NCBI GenBank assembly: GCA_942492955.1
Contig: OW818644.1
Span: forward strand, 706,327 to 770,326
DNA from: an uncultured Methanomassiliicoccales archaeon
GTDB taxonomy: Archaea; Thermoplasmatota; Thermoplasmata; Methanomassiliicoccales; UBA472
Length of the DNA stretch: 64,000 nt
Direction: 5' to 3'
Shown here: in pieces, positions 39,988-49,709 of the stretch
Numbering within the stretch: position 1 is the first letter of the stretch
Layout of the letters: each line of letters opens with the position of its first letter
The notes under the pieces: model-generated
Told to the model about the DNA's origin: nothing
Database searches by the model: none
Seen by the model: only the letters and a program-made list of their open reading frames with translations
Position numbers and translations under genes: made by a program

Positions 39988-42207
39988 TCACTGCTTCTTG
40001 GTCCTCAATATCACCACGATCAGGATTATGATCGCCATTATCGTTGATATCCCCACGCCGATAAGGGTACTCGAATCGATCCCATTGGCCTTGTTCCGAA
40101 TGCTTCCCACGTCGACCATGACCTTACCTAGATCGGTGTCGACGGTTGCCAAGGTCCCATTGATGCTGACCACGGTGCCATGAATGATCCCGAGCGTTGA
40201 CATCATCGTTGCGGTGTCGCCTTCTAGCGAGATCACCCTCAACCAGATGTCCGCGACATCGGCCCTGACCGAACCCAGATCCGTCAGGATGATGGCGGTT
40301 GTACCGTTCAGACTGTCGATCTTGGCATTCACGCTCGATAGGTTCACCCGTGCTTCGCCCAGATCTGTCTGGATATTGACCACCGTTCCATTCAGGTTGT
40401 CGATCTTGGCATTGATGTCCGTAACATTGACCGTTATCATGCCGAGGGACGTGTTGATCAATGCCAGATCGCCTTCGATCCCTATCACCTCGGCCTGAAT
40501 GCTATTCACGGTGGCGTTGGTGAAGCCCAGGTCGGTCTGCACGGTGGCAAGCTCTCCCTGGATGGCGATGACTTTGGCATGGATGTCGTTCAAAGTCGTA
40601 TTGACATACCCTAGACCTGTCTGGACCGTCGCCATGATTCCCTGGATCGAGATGACCCGAGCATTGATGTCATGAACGGTCGTGTTCACGGTTCCAAGAT
40701 CGGTCTGGACCGTCGCCAGGGTTCCCTGGATCGAGATCACGTGTCCATGAATGTCGTTCAACGTGGCTTTAACGGACCCCAGGTCGGTATTGATGGTCGC
40801 CATCATGCCATTTATTGAACTGACGGTCGCATTGATCTGGCCTACCGAGGCCTGTATGACGCCCAGTTCGGTCTGGATCAAGACCGCCGCTCCGTCCGTT
40901 GAGATTATCGTGGCGTTCATGTAGCTCAGATCGATCTTGATAAGGCCCAGCGTGGTGATGATCGTCGCGGTGTCGTTCTGGATCGAGCTAAGCCTGTCGC
41001 CATAGTCGGTCAGGGTATGGCTGATAACGAACACGGTCACGGAAGCCCCAGAGTGGACGCCCATGTCGCTCGCGTTCAAGACCATCGCATGGTCGCCCTG
41101 AGAGGCGTTCATCGGGATGGTCGTAGTGATACTGTAGATACCCGTGGATATGCGGGTCACATTGGATGACATATCGAACACGAACCCGTTCGGTCCGTAG
41201 AGAGTGGCGTTCAGCGTGTCCACGTCGACCAGGTGTCCGTTTATCGTGGTCGTGGCATACCAGGAGATGATCTCCCCGGTGAAGTGCACCGCACCCACAT
41301 CGATGGTCGCGATGATCGGGGTATCGTCCAATATGGTGAAGTTCGCGGATCCGTAGGTTCCCTGGCTTGCGATGACCGTAATATCATAAACGCCTTCCTG
41401 CGCCTGCGGGATGACCACTCCGAACGGTACGATGTTCCCGAAGGCATCGGTCTCGCCGACCCCAATAGGGGTTCCTCCGAACAGCACTTGGACGTTGTCG
41501 TTGGCCGTGAACCCATATCCAGAGATCTGGATGAACGATCCTTTCACTCCGTTGTCCGAGGAAAGGTCGATGCTTGCGGTTCCCATTCCAAATATCGTCC
41601 CGGTCAGCTGGGTAAGCGAAGGCGATGTGCCCGCGCTGATATTGGCCCATACGAAATGAGATGTCCCGTTCACACCTGTGTCGGAGCAACTGGACCATAT
41701 GGATCCGTTCCACCAGTGCATGCGCAGATCTCCCTCGATGATGCCCGACGGCAGATCTAGGGAATCATAGTATACTCGAAGGATCAACTTGTCAACGCTG
41801 GAATAGGCGTTGAGCATCAGGTCGACGAAGGAGTCCGCGGAAGTGAACGGAGTCGCGTCCGCCGGGTTTGCCTCATACCTCCAAACGGTTATGTTGGCCG
41901 ATCCGGGACCTTCCATCAATACCTCGATCCCTGCTGTACCGATCGGGTCCAGCGGGTCACCCTCATGTATGACCTGGTTGGTTTCATTGGTGATCGGCAA
42001 CCCGCCCGGATATGGAGCGTTCAACCAGGGGATGTAGTTGATGTTCGATGAGATGTTGTCCATGTTCCCATCGGTGAAGGCCCCACCAGTCAGTGTTGCG
42101 CTTGCACCCGAGAAGCACAAGATCATCAGGGCCATGAGGCCGATTGCAGTCGCCAAAACTAACTTCGTCCGTTCGAGGCCCTTAATAACCATCCCTGATT
42201 CCCCCAT
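39988..42207 (-). CDS. Large cell-surface protein: signal peptide, IPT/TIG-like domain(s), ~300-aa repeat stalk, C-terminal TM anchor
   Basis: N-terminal hydrophobic segment LVLATAIGLMALMILCFSGASA. IPT/TIG-like block GSFIQISGYGFTANDNVQVLFGGTPIGVGETDAFGNI...GVYDITV. 28-aa repeats span residues ~403-705. C-terminal anchor is LIGVGISTIMAIIILIVVILRTKKQ. Confidence 0.8.
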   Translation of the reverse strand: MGESGMVIKGLERTKLVLATAIGLMALMILCFSGASATLTGGAFTDGNMDNISSNINYIPWLNAPYPGGLPITNETNQVIHEGDPLDPIGTAGIEVLMEGPGSANITVWRYEANPADATPFTSADSFVDLMLNAYSSVDKLILRVYYDSLDLPSGIIEGDLRMHWWNGSIWSSCSDTGVNGTSHFVWANISAGTSPSLTQLTGTIFGMGTASIDLSSDNGVKGSFIQISGYGFTANDNVQVLFGGTPIGVGETDAFGNIVPFGVVIPQAQEGVYDITVIASQGTYGSANFTILDDTPIIATIDVGAVHFTGEIISWYATTTINGHLVDVDTLNATLYGPNGFVFDMSSNVTRISTGIYSITTTIPMNASQGDHAMVLNASDMGVHSGASVTVFVISHTLTDYGDRLSSIQNDTATIITTLGLIKIDLSYMNATIISTDGAAVLIQTELGVIQASVGQINATVSSINGMMATINTDLGSVKATLNDIHGHVISIQGTLATVQTDLGTVNTTVHDINARVISIQGIMATVQTGLGYVNTTLNDIHAKVIAIQGELATVQTDLGFTNATVNSIQAEVIGIEGDLALINTSLGMITVNVTDINAKIDNLNGTVVNIQTDLGEARVNLSSVNAKIDSLNGTTAIILTDLGSVRADVADIWLRVISLEGDTATMMSTLGIIHGTVVSINGTLATVDTDLGKVMVDVGSIRNKANGIDSSTLIGVGISTIMAIIILIVVILRTKKQ
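40093..41001 (-). repeat. Array of ~11 degenerate 84-bp (28-codon) tandem repeats inside the surface-protein gene
   Basis: The T(D/S)LG motif recurs at residues 474, 502, 530, 558, 586, 614, 642 and 670, exactly 28 apart. The consensus is TDLGxVxxTLNDIxxxVISIQGxLATVQ. Confidence 0.85.
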
Positions 42208-42485
42208 CCCGTCTGACCGCCGGATAAATCGGCATAGATGTGGCTAGCTCAGAGAATAACAGACCCGAGCCTCTCCACAAGAGGGCCATACCAAATCTAG
42301 CCGAATCGATGATGTCCATATCGTGCACGCATGCCTTATTAACCTTTCCCGAACGGCATCGTAATATGACGATGCTGGCTAAGAAAATAATAGATATTTT
42401 TGATATATTTACGGGAATAATAAAAAGTCCATGGGGAAGATGCTGGTCGATAGGGTCAAGTTCCAGCCTTTTCCTTCTCATGGAA

Positions 42486-43061
42486 TCATGGGTTGATCTT
42501 ATTCAGCAACCATGCCATGTTCTGGCCGAGGTTCCTCATGGTTTCGATCCCTTCTGTATCGTTCATGAACTCTCCCTTTCTCAGGGCCGTTCCGACGTTC
42601 CAATAGCTAGAGCCAGGAACGATCATCTGCCCGATGAGGAAGAAATTGTTTATCGTATTGAACGTCTCCAGGGCACCAGCCCTCCGGTTTATTGCGACCG
42701 CTGCCCCGACCTTGCGCTTGAAGAGGTCCCCATTGGCCCGGTTGACGTAGCCTACCCGGTCGATGAAAGCCTTGGTCTGCGAGGAGAGCCCTCCGAAATA
42801 GACCGGGGAGCCGATCACAAGACCGTCGCATTTGTCAATGAGCTCGACGTACTCATTGACCTTGTCATCCTTCATTATGCATTGTCGGTCCTTGTTCTTG
42901 AAACACGCACCACATGCCTTACAGCCGTGGATCTCCTGCTCGCACAGGCTGATCATTTTCGTTGAAATATCGTTCTTTTCAAGCTCGTCCAGGACGACCC
43001 GGAGAGCTTGGAAAGTGTTCCCGTTGGTCCTCGGGCTTCCGTTGAAAGCTATTACTCTCAT
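42486..43061 (-). CDS. Iron-sulfur flavoprotein (Isf) / NADPH-dependent FMN reductase family
   Basis: Flavodoxin-like N-terminus MRVIAFNGSPRTNGNT plus the compact Cys motif CKACGACFKNKDRQC (CX2CX2CX7C) typical of Isf. Confidence 0.75.
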   Translation of the reverse strand: MRVIAFNGSPRTNGNTFQALRVVLDELEKNDISTKMISLCEQEIHGCKACGACFKNKDRQCIMKDDKVNEYVELIDKCDGLVIGSPVYFGGLSSQTKAFIDRVGYVNRANGDLFKRKVGAAVAINRRAGALETFNTINNFFLIGQMIVPGSSYWNVGTALRKGEFMNDTEGIETMRNLGQNMAWLLNKINP

Positions 43062-43120
43062 TCTTTTCCCCTCACTAGAAACGACCTTGTCTGCAATGTA
43101 TTCATCGGTCGGTCCCGCTT

Positions 43121-44563
43121 ATGGTGTCGAGCATAAACTGTACAATAATGTTCAATAATGATTATATATGGTCATTGATGTACCCTGATACCATGACGGT
43201 CATCGACAGCAGAGTAAGCATCGAAAAGTTGGACCTCGGTCCCACCCCGGCGGAGCTGTATGACCGGTTGTCATGTGCGTCCAAATGCTCGTTCCTGCTG
43301 GAGAGCGCGGTTGGTTCCGAAAGGACTGTCTCCCATTCGTTCATGGGATTCCAGCCCGACTATGTTGTCCGCTGCATCGGCGGACGGGTCGAGGGAGGCC
43401 CGGACTGCGGCGTCCCCCGCAACGATCCGATCGCCTTCATCAACCGTCTCTCTTCGATGACGGCCATCAAGGATGACCGGTTCCCATACCTGGGAGGTCT
43501 GGTCGGATATTTCTCCTACGACTTTGCCAGGTTCATCGAGCCCTCTGCGGGAATGACGGGAGCCACGGATTTCCCCGATTTCGAGCTGGGCATGTACAGG
43601 GAAGGCATTATCTTTGACCATTCCAGCTTCCAGGCGTATTATTTCTCTATCGACGGCGCGGACCGATTGCGGCGTCTGCTCGCCTCCGGTCTGCCCCAGG
43701 CAAGCGAGGAACCGTTCCGTACCGGAGAGCTTGTGCCGGCCATGTCCCAGGAGCGATACGAGAAAGTGGTGTCCGTCTGCCGTGATAGGATCGGGGCAGG
43801 CGAGGCCTTCCAGATCGTCGCGTCCCGATCACTGGTATCGACATGCTCAGGCAACTCGCTCGACCTCTACCGCTCGCTGCGTGAGCTCAATCCTTCGCCC
43901 TACATGTTCTATTTCGACTTCGATGGACGGGTGGTCCTTGGCTCCAGCCCGGAAACGCTCGTCACGGTCAGGAAAGGCGAGGTAATCACCTTCCCGATCG
44001 CCGGGACCAGGCCTCTGGGCGCCACGCCGAAGGAGAAGCGCATGTTCAGGGAGGATATGCTGGCGGACGAAAAGGAGCGGGCGGAGCATTGCATGCTCGT
44101 CGACCTGGCCCGGAACGACGTGGGCCGGGTGTGCGAGACCGGATCGGTCCACGTACCGGTGTTCATGCAGGTGGAGGAGTTCAGCCACGTTCAGCACATG
44201 GTCTCCAAGGTGCAGGGCACGCTTCAGCAAGGCAGGACGTCGTTCGATGCGTTCTGCGCGGTGTTCCCCGCCGGGACCGTATCGGGAGCGCCAAAACCGC
44301 GGGCCATGGAGATAATCCAAGAGCTTGAGCAGAGGCCGAGAGGACCGTACGCCGGTGCGGTTGGCTATCTGTCTTTCAACGGCAACCTTGACTCCGCCAT
44401 CGCCATCCGTTCCGCGTTCATCTCGGACGACCGCATCTACATCCAGGCGGGGGCTGGCATCGTCGCCGATTCCGACCCGGCAAAGGAGTACGTCGAGGCG
44501 GAGAACAAGCTGAAGGCGGTCAAGAAGGCCATCGAGGCCTGCAACGGGAGGGTAACGGCATGA
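43121..44563 (+). CDS. trpE: Anthranilate synthase component I
   Basis: [11 protein letters not shown] and [10 protein letters not shown]. The true start may be ATG 43178 or 43193: a TATA-like ATTATATAT at 43161..43169 lies inside the long ORF and the Isf gene is divergent only 60 nt away. Confidence 0.9.
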   Translation: MVSSINCTIMFNNDYIWSLMYPDTMTVIDSRVSIEKLDLGPTPAELYDRLSCASKCSFLLESAVGSERTVSHSFMGFQPDYVVRCIGGRVEGGPDCGVPRNDPIAFINRLSSMTAIKDDRFPYLGGLVGYFSYDFARFIEPSAGMTGATDFPDFELGMYREGIIFDHSSFQAYYFSIDGADRLRRLLASGLPQASEEPFRTGELVPAMSQERYEKVVSVCRDRIGAGEAFQIVASRSLVSTCSGNSLDLYRSLRELNPSPYMFYFDFDGRVVLGSSPETLVTVRKGEVITFPIAGTRPLGATPKEKRMFREDMLADEKERAEHCMLVDLARNDVGRVCETGSVHVPVFMQVEEFSHVQHMVSKVQGTLQQGRTSFDAFCAVFPAGTVSGAPKPRAMEIIQELEQRPRGPYAGAVGYLSFNGNLDSAIAIRSAFISDDRIYIQAGAGIVADSDPAKEYVEAENKLKAVKKAIEACNGRVTA

Positions 44564-45141
44564 GGATATTGTTACTGGACAACTACGATTCATTCGTTTA
44601 CAATCTGAAACAGTACATGGGGGAGCTGGGTGCGGATGTCACGGTGTTCCGCAATGACGCTATCGACGCGGAGGGGGTGCGCCGATTCGATCCCGACGCG
44701 ATCGTGATCTCTCCTGGACCGGGGCACCCGGCGGTGAAGCGTGATTTCGGCGTCTGCGCCGAGGTCCTGACCGGGATTAGCCATGCCGTACCCACACTGG
44801 GCGTCTGCCTGGGACACCAGGGCATCGCCCACTGCTACGGCGGAACCGTGGCCAAGGCGGAACAGCTGATGCATGGCAAGACATCGGTGATCGGGCACGA
44901 CGGAGAAGGGGTGTTCGCCGGGCTCGAGGATCCGCTCGTGGTCGGGAGATACCACTCTTTGGTGGTCGGTCATGACCTGCCGCCGAACCTGAAGGTGACG
45001 GCCGCCGCATCGGACGGGACGATCATGGGCATCAGGCACCTCAAGTTCCCGATCGAGGGCGTGCAATTCCATCCGGAGTCGATCCTGACTCCCAAAGGAA
45101 AGAGCATGATGGCCAATTTTATCGCCGGGGCAAGGTGCTGA
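44560..45141 (+). CDS. trpG: Anthranilate synthase component II (glutamine amidotransferase)
   Basis: GVCLGHQ (catalytic Cys) and VQFHPES. ATGA overlap with trpE. Confidence 0.93.
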   Translation: MRILLLDNYDSFVYNLKQYMGELGADVTVFRNDAIDAEGVRRFDPDAIVISPGPGHPAVKRDFGVCAEVLTGISHAVPTLGVCLGHQGIAHCYGGTVAKAEQLMHGKTSVIGHDGEGVFAGLEDPLVVGRYHSLVVGHDLPPNLKVTAAASDGTIMGIRHLKFPIEGVQFHPESILTPKGKSMMANFIAGARC

Positions 45142-45143
45142 AC

Positions 45144-46148
45144 ATGATTGAGACCGTGACCAGGGTGGACCTGAGCGGGAACAGCCTTTCCTGCTTGGCC
45201 GATGATATGGTGGCCGGCAGGGCGAGCCACGAGGAGATGGCCGCGGCGCTCTCATCGCTGGCCGCAAGAGGAGAGACGGCGGAGCAGATCAGGGTTTTCG
45301 CCGAAGCGTTCGCGATGGCGTCGATCAAGGTACACACCAGGCATCAGGCGGTCATGGACCTGTGCGGCACCGGCGGGGCCTCGTTCCGCACCTTCAACGT
45401 CTCGACCATCTCGGCGTTCGTGGTGGCCGGATGCGGCGTCCCGGTGGCGAAGCACGGGAACCGGTCGAGCAGCGGTGTCTGCGGCAGCGCTGACCTGCTC
45501 ACCGCCCTGGGTGCCCGAACGGCCATCGGTCCGGAACTGGCCGAGAGGATGCTGGATGATATCGGTATCACCTTCCTGTTCGCCCCGCTCTACCATCCCG
45601 CGATGAGGAACGTGGCCGCGGTCCGCAGAGAGCTGCGCTCCAAGACCCTGTTCAATGTGATCGGCCCCCTGCTGAACCCGGTGGAGGCGGACAAGATGCA
45701 GCTCATGGGAGTGTACGATCCGAGATTGCTCGATATCGTGCCCGTGATGATGAACGATCTAGGCATCAAGCGGGCGCTGGTCGTGCACGGTTTCCCGGGC
45801 ATGGACGAGGTATCCACCTTAGGCACGACCCAGGCGGTCCTGCTCGACCGGGGTAGAACCGATCGGTTCGAGATCGATCCAAGGGCGCTCGGGTTCGGTC
45901 CCCCGCGGCCGGAGGTCATTACGGAACTGACACCGGAACTGGCGGCCAAGTTGGCCCGCAGGGTGCTGTCTGGCTCCCCCGGTCCCAGGCGTGACATCGT
46001 TGTGCTCAACAGCGCCTGCGCGCTCTTGGCATGCAACAGGGTTAATAATATCGAGGAGGGAATCGATATGGCATGCGTGTCCATAGATTCCGGGAAGGCC
46101 ATGCAGAGGATGATTGAGTTCGTCGACATGAGCAAGGCTGAGGTATAA
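45144..46148 (+). CDS. trpD: Anthranilate phosphoribosyltransferase
   Basis: DLCGTGG and KHGNRSSSG. I chose the ATG at 45144. A GTG at 45135, overlapping the trpG stop, is an alternative. Confidence 0.9.
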   Translation: MIETVTRVDLSGNSLSCLADDMVAGRASHEEMAAALSSLAARGETAEQIRVFAEAFAMASIKVHTRHQAVMDLCGTGGASFRTFNVSTISAFVVAGCGVPVAKHGNRSSSGVCGSADLLTALGARTAIGPELAERMLDDIGITFLFAPLYHPAMRNVAAVRRELRSKTLFNVIGPLLNPVEADKMQLMGVYDPRLLDIVPVMMNDLGIKRALVVHGFPGMDEVSTLGTTQAVLLDRGRTDRFEIDPRALGFGPPRPEVITELTPELAAKLARRVLSGSPGPRRDIVVLNSACALLACNRVNNIEEGIDMACVSIDSGKAMQRMIEFVDMSKAEV

Positions 46149-46930
46149 TGCAGGATACTCTGGAGAAACTGGTCCGGAACGCGGAGCTGCTCATTGCCTC
46201 AAACTACTATGAGGTCGAAACGGCCAGTTCATATGCCCGGTCCACCCGCCGTTCGCTGGTCAAGGCTCTTTCGATATCGAGATCGTACCCGGTCGTGGCG
46301 GAGGTCAAGAGCGCCTCGCCTTCCAATCACCACATATCCGTGCATGACCCGGAGGTCCTAATCGACAAATATCTCCAAGGAGGTGCCACCGCCCTCTCGG
46401 TGCTCACCGAGCCGAAGTTCTTCAAGGGCAGCCTGCAGCTGCTGGAGGTGGCATCCTTGAACCCGGTCCCGGTCCTGATGAAGGATTTCATCGTTTCGAA
46501 CAACCAGATCGATGCGGCGGCCAGGCACGGAGCGAGCGCCATACTCCTGATCCAGAAGTTGTTCTCGTCGCACATGGTCAAGGTCCGCAGGGACAGCCTG
46601 ATAGGTTACGCCCACGAGCGAGGTCTGGAGGTCGTGCTCGAAGCGGCCGATGAGGTGGAGCTGCTCCAGAGCCTGAAGAGCAGCGCGGATGTCGTTGGCA
46701 TCAATCAGCGGGACCTCCGCACCATGGCCATCGAGCAGGGGAAGGGGGTCCGTTTGCTGAACAGCCTGGCGCACAAGACGAAACCGATAATTGTGATGTC
46801 CGGCATCACCACCCGGGAACAGGTCATCGCGACCCGCGACAGCGGGGCGGCAGGGGTGCTTATCGGCACCGAGCTGGCGTCGTCCGATGACCCGGAGAAG
46901 AGGCTCAGAGGCCTGGTGGTGCCAAGATGA
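46148..46930 (+). CDS. trpC: Indole-3-glycerol-phosphate synthase
   Basis: AEVKSASPS motif. TAATG overlap with trpD. Confidence 0.9.
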   Translation: MQDTLEKLVRNAELLIASNYYEVETASSYARSTRRSLVKALSISRSYPVVAEVKSASPSNHHISVHDPEVLIDKYLQGGATALSVLTEPKFFKGSLQLLEVASLNPVPVLMKDFIVSNNQIDAAARHGASAILLIQKLFSSHMVKVRRDSLIGYAHERGLEVVLEAADEVELLQSLKSSADVVGINQRDLRTMAIEQGKGVRLLNSLAHKTKPIIVMSGITTREQVIATRDSGAAGVLIGTELASSDDPEKRLRGLVVPR

Positions 46931-47550
46931 CCAAGGTGAAGATCTGCGGGATGATGAGGGACGAGGACATCATCTCCTCACGCAAGGCGGATTATGTCGG
47001 TTTCATCGTGGAGACCAATTCCAAGAGGGAGCTCACCATATCTCGGGCAGAGCAGCTGATGTCGATGGCGAAGTGCAAGAAGGTGATCGTCACCACCTGC
47101 CAGAGCGAGGACGTGCTGAAGCAGATCGTCCGCGTCCTGAAACCGGACGTGCTACAGCTGCACTCGGTGATGGACGTGGAGAACGTGGAAGCGGTCGCCA
47201 ATGCCATTCCCTGCGATGTCTGGGCGCTCCAGCCGATGGGCTGGGGCGACGAGCTGGAGCGGGCGGAGAAACTGGTCGGCAAATGCTCCGGACTGGTTCT
47301 GGACACTGCCTCCGCCTCGTTCGGCGGGGCGGGCATGAAACACGACTGGACGCTGAGCGCGGAGATCGTGGAGGCGGTCGATCCGTTCCCGGTGGTGCTC
47401 GCCGGCGGCCTCAACCCGGGGAATGTCGCGGACGCCATCATAGCGGTGCATCCGTTCGCGGTCGACGTTTCCTCCGGCGTCGAGACCGGGGGCCGCAAGT
47501 CCATGGACCTGGTGGAGCAGTTCATCTCAAACGCTAGGAGTGTTCATTGA
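46927..47550 (+). CDS. trpF: Phosphoribosylanthranilate isomerase
   Basis: MTKVKICGM start, C-terminal [13 protein letters not shown] overlap with trpC. Confidence 0.9.
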   Translation: MTKVKICGMMRDEDIISSRKADYVGFIVETNSKRELTISRAEQLMSMAKCKKVIVTTCQSEDVLKQIVRVLKPDVLQLHSVMDVENVEAVANAIPCDVWALQPMGWGDELERAEKLVGKCSGLVLDTASASFGGAGMKHDWTLSAEIVEAVDPFPVVLAGGLNPGNVADAIIAVHPFAVDVSSGVETGGRKSMDLVEQFISNARSVH

Positions 47551-48728
47551 TGCTAGATAGGACAAGATTTGGCGAGTACGGCGGGCAGTACGTCCCGGAG
47601 ATACTCATGCCGGCGCTGATCCAGCTCGAGAAGGTATATGACCAGACGAAGAACGACAGAGCGTTCCAGGAGGAGCTGCGGTGGTACAACGTCAACTATG
47701 GCGGCAGGGAGACGCCGCTGTACTTCGCCAAACGCCTTACGCAGAAGTACGGCGGGGCCAAGATCTACCTTAAACGGGAGGACCTGGCACACGGCGGCGC
47801 GCACAAGTTCAACAATGTCATGGGACAGGCGCTGTTGGCGAAACGCATGGGCAAGACCCGCATCATCGCCGAGACCGGGGCCGGGCAGCACGGGACCGCG
47901 ACGGCGATGGCGGCGGCAGTGCTGGGAATGGAGGCGGAGATCTACATGGGCGCAGAGGACGTCAAGCGGCAGCGGATGAACGTGTTCCGCATGCGGCTGA
48001 TGGGCGCCAAGGTCAATGAGGTGCAGATCGGTTCCAAGACCCTCAAGGACGCCATCAGTGAGGCTTTCCGCGATTGGGCGGCGTCCGTCGAGACGACGTA
48101 CTACATGTTCGGGACGGCGGCCGGGCCTCACCCCTATCCGACCCTGGTGCGGGATTTCCAGAGCATCATCGGGAAGGAGATCAAAACGCAGCTGAAGGCA
48201 CAGGAAGGCAGACTGCCGGATCTTTTGGTGGCATGCGTCGGCGGTGGCAGCAACGCCATCGGCACGTTCTATCCTTTCATCCGGAACAAGGGAGTGAAGT
48301 TCCTGGGGGCCGAGGCGGCCGGATGCGGGATCGAGACGGGAAAACATTCGTGCTCGATCAGCGCCGGGTCGGTGGGCGTCTTCCAGGGCTCCAAGTCCTA
48401 CCTGCTCCAGGACAAGGACGGGATGGTCCATGAGGCGCACAGCATCGCCGCCGGTCTCGACTATCCGGGTGTGGGGCCGGAGCACTCCTACCTGAAAGAT
48501 ATAAGTCGTGCCGAGTACCTAGGAATCACCGATGAACAGGCGCTCGGGGCGTTCGTCGAACTGTCCCGCCTGGAAGGCATCATACCGGCGCTCGAGTCAG
48601 CCCATGCGGTGTATGCCGGCGTGCAGCGGGCGAAGGCGATGGACAAGGACCAGATCGTGGTCATAACGGTATCTGGGCGAGGGGACAAGGACCTCGAGAC
48701 GGTGTTCAACATGGGGTTGATAAGGTGA
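47550..48728 (+). CDS. trpB: Tryptophan synthase beta chain
   Basis: HGGAHKFNN (PLP lysine) and GGGSNAIG. The ATG at 47550 overlaps the trpF TGA. The ORF-track TTG at 47547 is one codon upstream. Confidence 0.95.
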   Translation: MLDRTRFGEYGGQYVPEILMPALIQLEKVYDQTKNDRAFQEELRWYNVNYGGRETPLYFAKRLTQKYGGAKIYLKREDLAHGGAHKFNNVMGQALLAKRMGKTRIIAETGAGQHGTATAMAAAVLGMEAEIYMGAEDVKRQRMNVFRMRLMGAKVNEVQIGSKTLKDAISEAFRDWAASVETTYYMFGTAAGPHPYPTLVRDFQSIIGKEIKTQLKAQEGRLPDLLVACVGGGSNAIGTFYPFIRNKGVKFLGAEAAGCGIETGKHSCSISAGSVGVFQGSKSYLLQDKDGMVHEAHSIAAGLDYPGVGPEHSYLKDISRAEYLGITDEQALGAFVELSRLEGIIPALESAHAVYAGVQRAKAMDKDQIVVITVSGRGDKDLETVFNMGLIR

Positions 48729-49564
48729 CGTCAAAGCGATGTGTAAGGCCGGACGACCAGTCCGGGACAGCGGGGCGCATTGAAGAGGCGTTCCGGAACT
48801 GCAAGGAGCGCGACGAGAGCGCGCTGATCGTCTACCTTACCGGAGGGTTCCCTTCCTTCGAAACATCGCTTAGCTACTTATTGGCCTGCAAGGAGGGCGG
48901 TGCCGACATCATCGAGATCGGCGTCCCGTTCAGCGACCCCATGGCGGACGGCGCGGTCATCCAGAAGTCCAGTTTCGAGGCGTTGCGGGCCGGCGTCACC
49001 CCGGAGAGGGTGCTCGAGCTCACCGCCAGAGTGAGGGAGAAGTGCGATGTCCCTATCGTGCTGATGGGCTACTACAACCCGGTCTTCCGCATGGGAGAGG
49101 AGGAGTTCGTCAAGCAGGCAAGGAAGGCCGGAGCGGACGGACTGATCGTCGCTGACCTGCCTATCGAGGAATCGTTGACGCTGGAGCTGTTCTGCATGAA
49201 CGAAGGCATACACCTCATTCAGCTGGTCGCTCCAACGACCCCGGAGGACCGCATGATGCACATTGCCGGAAGGTCGAGCGGATACCTGTACCTGGTGAGC
49301 AGATTGGGAACAACAGGGGCCAGGGGCAACCTGAGCGAAACGCTCCCGGCGCTCATCGGACGGGCCAAGGAGGCCGCCGGGGATCTTCCGCTGGCCGTCG
49401 GTTTCGGCGTATCGACGAAAGAGCATGTCGAGGAGATCACCTCTCTGGGCGCGGACGGGGTCATCGTCGGCTCGGCCATCATATCCAGGATCATCGATGG
49501 AGTGAAACCGCACGAGATCAGGGATTTCGTGAAGGAGCTGAAATCCGGGTGCAGCAAGCATTGA
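48725..49564 (+). CDS. trpA: Tryptophan synthase alpha chain
   Basis: [18 protein letters not shown]. The GTG start overlaps the trpB TGA. Confidence 0.9.
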   Translation: MTSKRCVRPDDQSGTAGRIEEAFRNCKERDESALIVYLTGGFPSFETSLSYLLACKEGGADIIEIGVPFSDPMADGAVIQKSSFEALRAGVTPERVLELTARVREKCDVPIVLMGYYNPVFRMGEEEFVKQARKAGADGLIVADLPIEESLTLELFCMNEGIHLIQLVAPTTPEDRMMHIAGRSSGYLYLVSRLGTTGARGNLSETLPALIGRAKEAAGDLPLAVGFGVSTKEHVEEITSLGADGVIVGSAIISRIIDGVKPHEIRDFVKELKSGCSKH

Positions 49565-49611
49565 GGATCCGAGCTTAGGGAACCTTGGTCATCCGGCTCC
49601 GGACCGGAAAC

Positions 49612-49638
49612 GTAACACATTTACCGAATAAGTGTTAC
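49612..49638. promoter_or_regulatory. Palindromic operator candidate 1: GTAACAC-N13-GTGTTAC
   Basis: Exact 7-bp inverted heptamers at 49612..49618 and 49632..49638. It sits upstream of an AT-rich TATA-like stretch at 49642..49655. Confidence 0.6.
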
Positions 49639-49670
49639 GCTAAATATTATATATCTCTGGCTATTACCGA

Positions 49671-49697
49671 GTAACACAAATTAGAAAATCGTGTTAC
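49671..49697. promoter_or_regulatory. Palindromic operator candidate 2: GTAACAC-N13-GTGTTAC
   Basis: The same exact heptamers at 49671..49677 and 49691..49697. It abuts the GGAGG SD (49698..49702) of the transporter gene, whose ATG is at 49710. Confidence 0.6.
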
Positions 49698-49709
49698 GGA
49701 GGTTCGAAG

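Noticed and set aside
42236-42310. GGCTAGCTCAGAG, which resembles a tRNA D-arm.
   Set aside because: No acceptor-stem complementarity, no T-arm (GTTCRAATC-like) and no anticodon stem can be drawn in the surrounding 75 nt.
47553-48485. Other long shadow or alternative-frame ORFs: 47553..48485(-), 43847..44593(-), 13551..14228(-), 14250..15050(-), 32217..33044(-), 10274..10879(-), 19832..20764(+), 46887..47537(+), 48878..49561(-).
   Set aside because: Each lies wholly inside a gene with strong family motifs (trpB, trpE, the STAND ATPase, the sugar dehydrogenase, dnaK, the hydantoinase, the EamA transporter, trpF, trpA). They have biased low-complexity composition and I see no independent signals for them.
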